A DNA stretch of 63,889 nucleotides from a virus. Of the stretch, positions 54,036 through 60,982 are shown one piece after another. Positions within the stretch are counted from its first letter, which is position 1. Every line of letters begins with the position of its first letter. Position numbers and translations under genes: made by a program. A model generated the notes under the pieces. The model worked only from the letters and a program-made list of their open reading frames with translations, searched no databases and was not told the origin of the DNA. The stretch spans positions 1-63,889 of the IMG/VR virus record IMGVR_UViG_3300015245_000007; one strand, given 5' to 3'.

Positions 54036-54295
54036 GGCTTAATCAGCCTCCCGCCAGGCGCGCGGATCAAAACCGCATTCGGATAGACTTCCTTGAACGC
54101 CGCCATCACCTGCGCGTGGTCTGTGTCGTCGAGGTACATAACGATCGGCGCCGCATCATCGAGCGAGTCATCGCCGCAGCGGCCGACTTCGGCCGACACG
54201 AACGCCATCAGCTTCGCGACCTGGTCGCCCTGGCGCAGCATGTTGTCCCGCGCCAGATCATCGAGAAATTCTCTACAGCGATCGCGCAGCGGCAT
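54032..54295 (-). CDS. hypothetical protein
   Basis: ATG 54295, 4 nt after upstream stop; 87 aa. Confidence 0.45.
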   Translation of the reverse strand: MPLRDRCREFLDDLARDNMLRQGDQVAKLMAFVSAEVGRCGDDSLDDAAPIVMYLDDTDHAQVMAAFKEVYPNAVLIRAPGGRLIKP

Positions 54296-54299
54296 GCGC

Positions 54300-54755
54300 T
54301 TAAACCTTTGTCGGGAAGATGGAAAAATCCCTGCGGCGCTCGTCAAGCAGCGGAACGCCGCGACGTGCGGCTTCCTTTTCAAGCAGCCTCACTCCGCTGT
54401 CGTTGGTCTCGCACCCGGCGATGATAAACTTGGCGCCGATGCCGATACGCGTAAAATCAAATTCCTTGCCGATGCCCTTGAGCATTTCCTCGAGAGCCAG
54501 GCGCGGGATTTGGATCATCACGACGGGGACGCCGTCGCCTGTGCCTTCCGGGATCACTGCGAACACCGGCTTGCGATTGATGGCAGCGGCGCCGCCTTCA
54601 GCCTCGCGCGTGAGACCGATGCCATGCATGTCGATCGTGCCATCGCTTGCAAACGCTTGATCGTATCCGGCAACGCGCAGCTTGCCGGCGATCTCATCAT
54701 AGGTGCCGGGCGAAACTTCCAGCTCGGCATAGGTGTGGGTCTGGCGCAGTGTCAT
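54300..54755 (-). CDS. hypothetical protein
   Basis: ATG 54755 with GGAGG SD; 151 aa. Confidence 0.5.
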   Translation of the reverse strand: MTLRQTHTYAELEVSPGTYDEIAGKLRVAGYDQAFASDGTIDMHGIGLTREAEGGAAAINRKPVFAVIPEGTGDGVPVVMIQIPRLALEEMLKGIGKEFDFTRIGIGAKFIIAGCETNDSGVRLLEKEAARRGVPLLDERRRDFSIFPTKV

Positions 54756-54858
54756 GGCGATCGCCTCCGGTTGAGGCGCGCAGCGTATCCGCACCGAAAT
54801 TATTCGGCAAGTGTGGAATAGATCAATTCGGCCATGGCGAGCGCGACGAAGGCCGCGA

Positions 54859-54972
54859 TCAGACAGACAATCGAAAAGCCAACGAGGCCGCGCAGGTCAG
54901 ACCATAGATCGTCCAGAGCCCGCCGGCGGCCATCAGGTAGAGCACCAGATATCCGGTCAGCATCGCTTTCAT
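54859..54972 (-). CDS. possible 37-aa hydrophobic peptide
   Basis: ATG one codon after the DUF3309 stop, same frame (TGA GCC ATG); MKAMLTGYLVLYLMAAGGLWTIYGL.. Confidence 0.3.
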   Translation of the reverse strand: MKAMLTGYLVLYLMAAGGLWTIYGLTCAASLAFRLSV

Positions 54973-54975
54973 GGC

Positions 54976-55140
54976 TCAGAGCCTCCCGAGCAGCACCAGG
55001 ATCAGCAGAATCACAATTACCAGGCCGAGGCCACCGCCGCCGTAATAGCCGGAGCCGTAGAACGGCGCGCCGCCTATGCCTGAGAAGCCGCCGAGCAGCG
55101 CGATGACGAGAATAATCAAAATGATCGTGCCGAGTGACAT
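54976..55140 (-). CDS. DUF3309-family small membrane protein (54 aa)
   Basis: MSLGTIILIILVIALLGG..GGGLGLVIVILLILVLLGRL is the family pattern; GGAGGG SD; below the ORF-track cutoff. Confidence 0.65.
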   Translation of the reverse strand: MSLGTIILIILVIALLGGFSGIGGAPFYGSGYYGGGGLGLVIVILLILVLLGRL

Positions 55141-55331
55141 GGCGAATCCCTCCTGTGACGGACATCACGGCTGGGACCATAGCAGAATGAGGCACCAGAC
55201 GATGACGAACAGGAGCAACGAGTTCGCGGCCCGAATGATCCGCCGGCGCCACGGGATCGGCACGCGCCACCACGTCGGCGGATACGCAGGATGCGGCCGC
55301 ACCTCGCGGCGATATCGATTAAGCTGCGGCG

Positions 55332-55907
55332 TCACGGTCCCGACCCATGAGGCGGCACGCGCCTTCCTGGGTCGGCGCGCTCAAGCATGTCAGGCCACAG
55401 GCGCAACATCGTTGTGCGCGCATTGGTGATGGTCAGAGCCAGGCCTGGCGATGCGGTCTTTCGCTTTTGCTCGAGCAGCTCATAGACGTGAACAACCGCC
55501 ATCCATTCGAAGTCGTGCGGCTTGCCAGACGGCATATCGTCGAGCGGGTTTCTTCCGGCGTGCAGCTCGCGCGCGAGGCGCGCATGGTTCGGCGAGACGA
55601 ATGGATTAGGTTGGCCGATCAGGCGCGCGAGCTCGTTGAGCGGATCGGCCGACGCTTTCACCGAGCCGTCGCAAATCTGTTCACCGCGCAGCGAGAACGT
55701 CGACTCCGGCCAAGTGGTCTCGGCGATCTCGAACGCGCCGGCGTTGAACCGCCCGATCGGCGACAACTCCGATTCTGGCGGTCCCCACGCTCGCAAGCGC
55801 CATGGGCGCAGCATCCCGGCCAGCACCGACACGAAGATGGCGATCGCAGTAAGCGCGTGCATCCACCAGGGCATTTCGCGCGCGGTCTCGTAAAGGGTTT
55901 GCATCAT
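55332..55907 (-). CDS. membrane-anchored hypothetical protein
   Basis: ATG 55907 in ATGA overlap; TM ALTAIAIFVSVLAGML; 191 aa. Confidence 0.5.
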   Translation of the reverse strand: MMQTLYETAREMPWWMHALTAIAIFVSVLAGMLRPWRLRAWGPPESELSPIGRFNAGAFEIAETTWPESTFSLRGEQICDGSVKASADPLNELARLIGQPNPFVSPNHARLARELHAGRNPLDDMPSGKPHDFEWMAVVHVYELLEQKRKTASPGLALTITNARTTMLRLWPDMLERADPGRRVPPHGSGP

Positions 55908-56311
55908 GGCAGCTTGTCCATTGCTGTGAGGGTTGAGAGCGCGCGGTGCAGCGCGGGCGGGTCGTTCAAGATCGTGGCGATATCGCCGAACTGGTTGAAC
56001 AGGGGCACGCGCTGGCCAAGCACGTTGGTGCACCACAGCTCCGCCATGCCGTGAAAGTCTCGCATGATGATTCCTGATCGCGCGCCTGGTGCCGGCTTCT
56101 CTGGCTCTGCCGGCTTCACCTCGCGCCAGGTCGTGTTCGTCGCACCAGCACTCGAGAACGAGCCAGGCGCGCCTGCGCTCCGCGCGCCCATGGCTTGACG
56201 CAATACGGATTCGTGCGTCGCCGTCGCCACTTGCTCGAGCGCAGCCTTGAGCCGCGCCTCGAGCTGTGCGCGGGTCTTTGCGTCGGAGGCATCCCAATTC
56301 ATTTGCGCCAT
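55904..56311 (-). CDS. hypothetical protein, first gene of the leftward 56311-50295 operon
   Basis: ATG 56311; 135 aa; palindromic promoter element 24 nt upstream. Confidence 0.5.
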   Translation of the reverse strand: MAQMNWDASDAKTRAQLEARLKAALEQVATATHESVLRQAMGARSAGAPGSFSSAGATNTTWREVKPAEPEKPAPGARSGIIMRDFHGMAELWCTNVLGQRVPLFNQFGDIATILNDPPALHRALSTLTAMDKLP

Positions 56312-56334
56312 CGTTGCAGCATGCCATTGCCGAT

Positions 56335-56358
56335 TATTTTCGGCAATGCTAATCTGCG
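56335..56358. promoter_or_regulatory. perfect palindrome CATTGCCGA-ttattt-TCGGCAATG (operator/bidirectional promoter candidate)
   Basis: 9-bp arms; contains GCCGA-N6-TCGGC; TTGCCG -35-like hexamers readable on both strands. Confidence 0.55.
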
Positions 56359-56533
56359 CGCGATCGCGGATGCCGGTGAGACTCTGAGAGCCCCGGCGCT
56401 GCGGTCACGATCGGCCGGCGAGACCCCGTGTTTGCGCGTCCTGAACATGACGGCTAGGAGGCAGCGCGCAAGTGAACGAGGCCGGCGCCCGCGGGTTTCC
56501 TCTCACCGGCTCATCTTGCCGGCCGATCACCTC

Positions 56534-56580
56534 TTGCATCGCCGATAATATTCGGTCACCCTGCGCCGGTCGGGTGAAAC
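56534..56580 (+). promoter_or_regulatory. promoter-like element with GCCGA-N6-TCGGT operator and downstream hairpin
   Basis: CACCTCTTGCAT (the same CACCTCTTGC precedes the 317 element), GCCGATAATATTCGGT 56541-56556, hairpin TCACCC-N10-GGGTGA 56556-56577. Confidence 0.45.
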
Positions 56581-56830
56581 GCCGTTTGTGGATGCGGTCT
56601 GTGTGCGCACCGCTCTATAGCCGGCGAAAATCGGTGCTGCTCGGAGCGCCTGTGCCCCTCTCAACCGCCGGAGCTGCGCGCACTGCGGCACCGGCGGGGA
56701 GTTTCAGACGCGGGCCTGAGTGAGAGTGCCCCCTCCCCTGCGCACCCGCAGGGGTTCAAGCTCAGGCGCGCTGGCCGCGCGAGCGCCGTCGACCAACCCC
56801 GGGTCGGCGGCGTTCGTGTCTCGAGGGACC

Positions 56831-57127
56831 ATGATCAGCGATAGCGCCAGCCGTCTCGGCCTCTTGCCCTATGAGCGCGTCGTGCTCGAGGTGTTCTGCA
56901 TCAACGAGCCTCTATGCCGCCGCGAGGTGCACCAGCTCGCCGGCTACTCCGAGGGGACATGCAGTCGTGCCATGGCGAAGCTTCGGCGAATCGGGTTGCT
57001 CGAGCGAACGCAGTTCGGGCGGTTCAACTGTCCATGGACGGCGACCGATCGCGGCAAGATCGCGTTCGCCCTCATCGCCGGTCGCGAATTGATACGGCGC
57101 AATGCGCGCCGCAGACAGCCCGCATAA
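56831..57127 (+). CDS. MarR-like winged-helix DNA-binding protein
   Basis: LLPYERVVLEV..REVHQLAGYSEGTCSRAMAKLRRIGLLER; GAGGGA SD. Confidence 0.55.
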   Translation: MISDSASRLGLLPYERVVLEVFCINEPLCRREVHQLAGYSEGTCSRAMAKLRRIGLLERTQFGRFNCPWTATDRGKIAFALIAGRELIRRNARRRQPA

Positions 57128-57482
57128 TTCACGCCCAAATCACGGTCAGGTCACGATAGGAACGGACGGCGAACCTGCAGTCTGGCGCTGCAGCTTGCGG
57201 ACAGGCCATGAACGCAGTCGCGCCGCCGAGCTGGTGAACAGTTCGGCGGCGCGGGGGTGGTGAACGCCGGGCTCGCCTTCTGGGTCCGCCGAGCAACACG
57301 ATCGTGCGCCGCGGCCGCGCAGCGGTCAAGCGAAGAGCTGACTTAGACCCTTCGGGCCTCGAATGAGCCCGCGAAAATTATCGCGCTCGTCATCACCGGC
57401 AGCATAACGAGCATCACACCAAGCCCGCACGCGCAGCATGCGTTTCACGTGAAAAAACCGCTCGAGGTAATCGCCAGCATTA

Positions 57483-57543
57483 CCGGGAACGATCGCAAAA
57501 ATCGTTCCCGGCAATCGTTCCCGGTTCCCGAAATCGTTCCCGG
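57483..57543. repeat. iteron cluster 2 (CCGGGAACGAT family)
   Basis: Forward copy 57483-57493 and inverted copy 57501-57511 form a palindrome around CGCAAAA; more inverted copies at 57514-57524 and 57533-57543, partial TTCCCG 57525-57530. Confidence 0.8.
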
Positions 57544-58068
57544 CATAACCTCGCACGCGCGAGCCGGCCCCAAAGCGGCCGTTCGGTTATAGGCTCTGAT
57601 GCATTGGAGATTGTAGTCTCTGGCACTCGGCGCGGAAAGAGCGAGCGCCATAGCGCGACGCGACTTTACGCGCGGTGAGAGTTAGCAAGGTGGAGAGGCT
57701 GGGTTAAAGATACCGCGCGGGGCAGTTAAGCTCAGATGTTTGAGATACTGTAGGCTGCCTGGCGTCAGCAAGAGGCGCCTAAGAGCGCTGGCGCGCGGCG
57801 CCTTTGCTTCCGCGCGTTCTACTGCTGCGCGAGGCTGATTTCTCGATTGCGCTTATTTTGATCGAAAGAGAAATCACAAGCGCGTGAGGCCGCGTTCGCG
57901 GTGCGTTCTCCGATCGCCATTTTCTCTTACGGCTGCAATAGCTCCTCGCGCGCCAGCGCGTCGCGATCGGCCCGGGATTTGCCCGACATTCACCGGCGCC
58001 AGGTGGTCAAAAGGGGTTGACAGGTTTCCGGCCCCGACCGGGAACGGAGAGGTTTTATATCCTGCCGG

Positions 58069-58165
58069 TTGCGAAAACGAACCTATTGCAATCTTTTCAA
58101 TATTCAGGCACAAACAGATCACGGACGGCGCTGGCCGGTTCCGGACCCAAAGGGGAAAGCCTCAG
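58069..58165 (+). promoter_or_regulatory. conserved promoter/5' leader element, copy A (upstream of radC-like gene)
   Basis: TTGCGA..TTGCAA hairpin, then GGACGGCGCTGGCCGGTTCC hairpin (58123-58142), AAAGGGGAAAG SD, ATG 58166; near-identical core in copies B and C. Confidence 0.6.
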
Positions 58166-58840
58166 ATGACCCTCTCTCCCGCCCAGAAAGCCGCCGCCAC
58201 CCGCCGCGCCCGCAAGGCCGCCATGATCGCCCCCGCCCGGGCGCCCGGCCTCGCCGACGCCGGCCAGCTCGGCGACCTGGCGTTGCTGGCGACTTTCATT
58301 GGCCAGCAGGCCGACGTCTTGATCCGCGAATTTGGCACCCTCGCCGCGACCGTCGCAGCCCCGCTCGAGCGGATCGCCGAGCTGACGGGCACGACCACCG
58401 CGCGGACCGTGAAGGCGCTCGCCATGGCCGCCATCAGCGTTACCCGGGGCGAGCTCGCCGGCAAATGCTGCCTCTCCAGTTTCGCGGCCGTGACGGACTA
58501 CCTCCGGGCCTCCATGCGGACCGAAGGAACCGAGCAATTTCGCGTTCTCTTCCTGAACAAGCGCAACGAGCTGGTCGCCGACGAAGTGATGGGCGTCGGC
58601 ACGATCGACCACGTTCCGGTTTACCCGCGCGAGGTTGCCAAGCGCGCCCTGGAGCTCGGCGCCAGCGCCATCTTTCTTTCGCACAATCACCCGTCGGGCG
58701 ACCCGACGCCGTCGAGCGCCGACGTCGAAATGACCAAAGAGCTGGTCAAGGTGATGGGCGTTTTCGGGATCGCGATTTACGACCACATCATTGTCGGCCG
58801 GAACGACATCGCCTCGCTCAAGGGTCTGCGGATGATGTGA
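58166..58840 (+). CDS. radC: RadC-like JAB/MPN-domain protein
   Basis: FRVLFLNKRNELV..HVPVYPREV..AIFLSHNHPSGDPTPSSADVEMT (JAMM HxHPSG); N-terminal SPAQKAAATRRARKAA motif. Confidence 0.8.
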   Translation: MTLSPAQKAAATRRARKAAMIAPARAPGLADAGQLGDLALLATFIGQQADVLIREFGTLAATVAAPLERIAELTGTTTARTVKALAMAAISVTRGELAGKCCLSSFAAVTDYLRASMRTEGTEQFRVLFLNKRNELVADEVMGVGTIDHVPVYPREVAKRALELGASAIFLSHNHPSGDPTPSSADVEMTKELVKVMGVFGIAIYDHIIVGRNDIASLKGLRMM

Positions 58841-58850
58841 AAAATAAGGT

Positions 58851-58928
58851 TTGCGTTCGCCGATAAAACTCGGCACACTATCCACCTGGGACGGCATAGG
58901 CCGGCCCCCACTCCGAAGGGAAAAGACC
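58851..58928 (+). promoter_or_regulatory. conserved promoter/5' leader element, copy B
   Basis: TTGCGT, GCCGA-taaaac-TCGGC (58859-58874), GGGACGGCATAGGCCGGCCCCC (58888-58909), CACTCCGAAGGGAAAAG SD, ATG 58929. Confidence 0.6.
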
Positions 58929-59465
58929 ATGACGACGACAGCCCCCGAAATGAACGCCGCACACAAAGCCTGGGCGACGCGCCGCGCCCGCGCCGCGGCC
59001 GCCGCGCTGATGACCAGCGTTGCAGCGATGCCGGCACCAGCGCCGGTCGAGGCCAAGCCCGCCGGCGTGCACAACGTCCACACCTCCGCGGATCTGGTCG
59101 GCATCGGCGCCGTTGCGCCCGTGATCTTTCGCGGCACGCAAGCTGTGACTGACTGCCAGCTCGTCGAGATCAGCGTCGACGATTCGGCCGTCGGCTCCGG
59201 CCGCCGCCTCTTCGTCGTGCTCGAGGAAGGCGATAAAATGGTTCGGCTGTTCTCGCCGGCAAAGCTCGTCACGATCACGGTCGACCGAAAGTATTTCGAC
59301 AAATACGGCTACTGGCCGGCGCGCGGCGTGAAGCGCTCGCGCGTCGCCGAGATCATCCGCCGCAACATCGCGCTCGCCGACAAGATCAACGCGGCCAAGC
59401 TCGAGGACGCGGTATCCGACGGCGGCGCGGACGCGGTCGCCGCGCTCCAGCTCCTGGAAGGGTGA
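58929..59465 (+). CDS. hypothetical protein with N-terminal AHKAWATRRARAAAA motif
   Basis: ATG 58929 behind leader B; 178 aa. Confidence 0.6.
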   Translation: MTTTAPEMNAAHKAWATRRARAAAAALMTSVAAMPAPAPVEAKPAGVHNVHTSADLVGIGAVAPVIFRGTQAVTDCQLVEISVDDSAVGSGRRLFVVLEEGDKMVRLFSPAKLVTITVDRKYFDKYGYWPARGVKRSRVAEIIRRNIALADKINAAKLEDAVSDGGADAVAALQLLEG

Positions 59466-59468
59466 GCC

Positions 59469-59705
59469 ATGTCGATTTATCGCAACGTGCTCCAGATGGA
59501 AGTCCGCGCCTCGAGCGGTGATGCAGCGGCGGGCGGCTTTATCGCCGCCTGCCACAGTGGCAACGACGTCCTGACGTGCCGATGGGTCTATGGCCATCCA
59601 CATGAGTGGAAGATCAACGGCAAGATCGTGACCCGGCCGGCGGCCGCGTTGTGGCTCACCGATACGTGGCCAGCGCGCAAGGCAACATGGGGGTTGACGT
59701 CATGA
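59469..59705 (+). CDS. hypothetical protein
   Basis: 78 aa, 3 nt after upstream stop. Confidence 0.45.
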   Translation: MSIYRNVLQMEVRASSGDAAAGGFIAACHSGNDVLTCRWVYGHPHEWKINGKIVTRPAAALWLTDTWPARKATWGLTS

Positions 59706-59911
59706 GAGCGCCCACGATTTCCGAAACCGGCGCGCGCGCGTATCGCGCCGGCATACCGGCATCCGGAAACCCGTTCGCGATCGGCTCGCAGGCGCGCACG
59801 CTCTGGGCGCGCGGCTGGCGCGAAGCGAAAACCGAGGCGGCGATCGCCGCGGCCGGTCGCGCGCTTGACACTTCGCTCGCCGCCACCCGCCGCGCCGTGC
59901 GGAGGCGGTGA
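59702..59911 (+). CDS. Rmf/CrpP-fold-like small protein
   Basis: AYRAGIPASGNPFAIGSQARTLWARGWREAK resembles the Rmf/CrpP pattern; ATGA coupling. Confidence 0.45.
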   Translation: MRAPTISETGARAYRAGIPASGNPFAIGSQARTLWARGWREAKTEAAIAAAGRALDTSLAATRRAVRRR

Positions 59912-59912
59912 C

Positions 59913-60650
59913 GTGGTCCAGCCCGCTACATTTCTGCGTCGCCTCGAGATCGATTCGCGAGCGCGTCGCAAGCAGCCGACACTGATATCGCTTTTCAGCG
60001 GTTGCGGCGGTGCTGCGCTCGGCATCCGCCAGGCCGGATTTGAGGTGCGCGTATTCGTCGAGTTTGACGAGACGTGCTGCGAGACTCTCGCGGCCAATTG
60101 GATCAAGCCGCCGCGCGGCGCGCCGAAGTCAGAGCGGCGGCCGTGGCACCAGCGCCGCGACCCGGTGATAATGCGCGCGGACCTAACCAAGCTCTCGACT
60201 GCCGAGATACTCGCCGCGGCCGAGCTCGCGATCGGCGAGGCCGATTGCCTCGAGGGCGGGTTTCCGTGCCAGGGCTTTTCGACGTCGGGCAAGCGCATGA
60301 TCGATGATCCGCGCAATCGCCTTTACCGCGAATGCGTGCGCGTGATCGGCGAGGCGCTTCCGCGGTTCTTCGTTCTGGAAAACGTGCCAGGCCTGATCAG
60401 CATGGGCGGCGGCACTGTCATGTGCCAAATCTGCGAGGACCTGGCCGAGGTCGGCTATGACGTGCAGTGGGATATTCTCAACGCCGCGGACTTCGGCGTG
60501 CCGCAGAATCGCAAGCGCGTTTTCATTCTCGGCCACCGCGTCGACCACATGCACATTGCCGGCAAGCGCGTCCAGCTCTTCATGGGCGCAGCGCCAGGCG
60601 CGATTTATCACCCCGAGTTTTTCCTCAAACGGTTGGAGAAGATCCGATGA
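59913..60650 (+). CDS. DNA (cytosine-5) methyltransferase, N-terminal catalytic half only (motifs I-VIII)
   Basis: LFSGCGG (I), GGFPCQGFS (IV), FVLENVPGL (VI), QNRKRVFILG (VIII); ORF ends 35 aa later with no TRD or motifs IX/X; GTG 59913 with GGAGG SD. Confidence 0.7.
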   Translation: MVQPATFLRRLEIDSRARRKQPTLISLFSGCGGAALGIRQAGFEVRVFVEFDETCCETLAANWIKPPRGAPKSERRPWHQRRDPVIMRADLTKLSTAEILAAAELAIGEADCLEGGFPCQGFSTSGKRMIDDPRNRLYRECVRVIGEALPRFFVLENVPGLISMGGGTVMCQICEDLAEVGYDVQWDILNAADFGVPQNRKRVFILGHRVDHMHIAGKRVQLFMGAAPGAIYHPEFFLKRLEKIR

Positions 60651-60982
60651 CGCACGACAAGAACGCCGCCGATACGTGCCTGCCTTATGATGCGACCGCG
60701 CGCAATCTCGCCAAGCTCCCCGAAATGTGCGCCGTGTTTCAGCGCCACAATCCTGTCGGTCAGCGTATCTGCATGATCAAGCGCGGCGAGAGCGGATACT
60801 ATGCGACCGATTGGGACGGCTCGCACATGACGCCCGACCAGGCCGAATGGACCGTCAACGAAATCAATTCCCGCCTCGAGGTGACGGCCGCGCAGGCGCT
60901 GGCGATGGTGATCGGTTCAATGAACGGCTGGCACGTCCCGGGCGCGGATCCCGATCGCCACACCGCGCGAGCGTTCGCATGA
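60647..60982 (+). CDS. hypothetical protein
   Basis: ATGA coupling; 111 aa; no methyltransferase motifs. Confidence 0.5.
   Translation: MTHDKNAADTCLPYDATARNLAKLPEMCAVFQRHNPVGQRICMIKRGESGYYATDWDGSHMTPDQAEWTVNEINSRLEVTAAQALAMVIGSMNGWHVPGADPDRHTARAFA

Noticed and set aside
54800-55273. 157-aa minus-strand ORF spanning the small-peptide region
   Set aside because: It is Arg/His/Pro-rich with no SD, and it overlaps the well-supported DUF3309 gene in another frame. Only its last 30 residues look hydrophobic, and they have no usable start codon.
56735-56775. tRNA-like T-arm string GGGGTTCAAGCTC after a GC hairpin, considered as a possible tRNA or attP remnant
   Set aside because: No acceptor stem, D-arm or anticodon arm can be folded around it, and the T-loop consensus GGTTCGAATCC is not met. 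The genome also has no integrase to give an attP context.
57326-57556. 76-aa minus-strand ORF (and the adjacent 57129-57329 ORF) in the large gap upstream of radC
   Set aside because: It starts with GTG. Its N-terminal third is simply the translation of the iteron repeats (GNDFGNRERLPGTIFAIVPGN). It has no SD and an Arg/Gly-rich composition. I treated it as a by-product of a non-coding region, although a short real peptide cannot be excluded.
58017-58060. TTGACA (58017) and TTTTATAT (58053) considered as a promoter pair
   Set aside because: The hexamers are 30 nt apart, too far for a sigma70 promoter. The conserved TTGCGA element downstream (58069) is the better candidate.
58879-58887. CTATCCACC considered as a DnaA box
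   Set aside because: It matches TTATCCACA at only 7 of 9 positions, occurs once, and lies inside conserved leader copy B. That is insufficient evidence.
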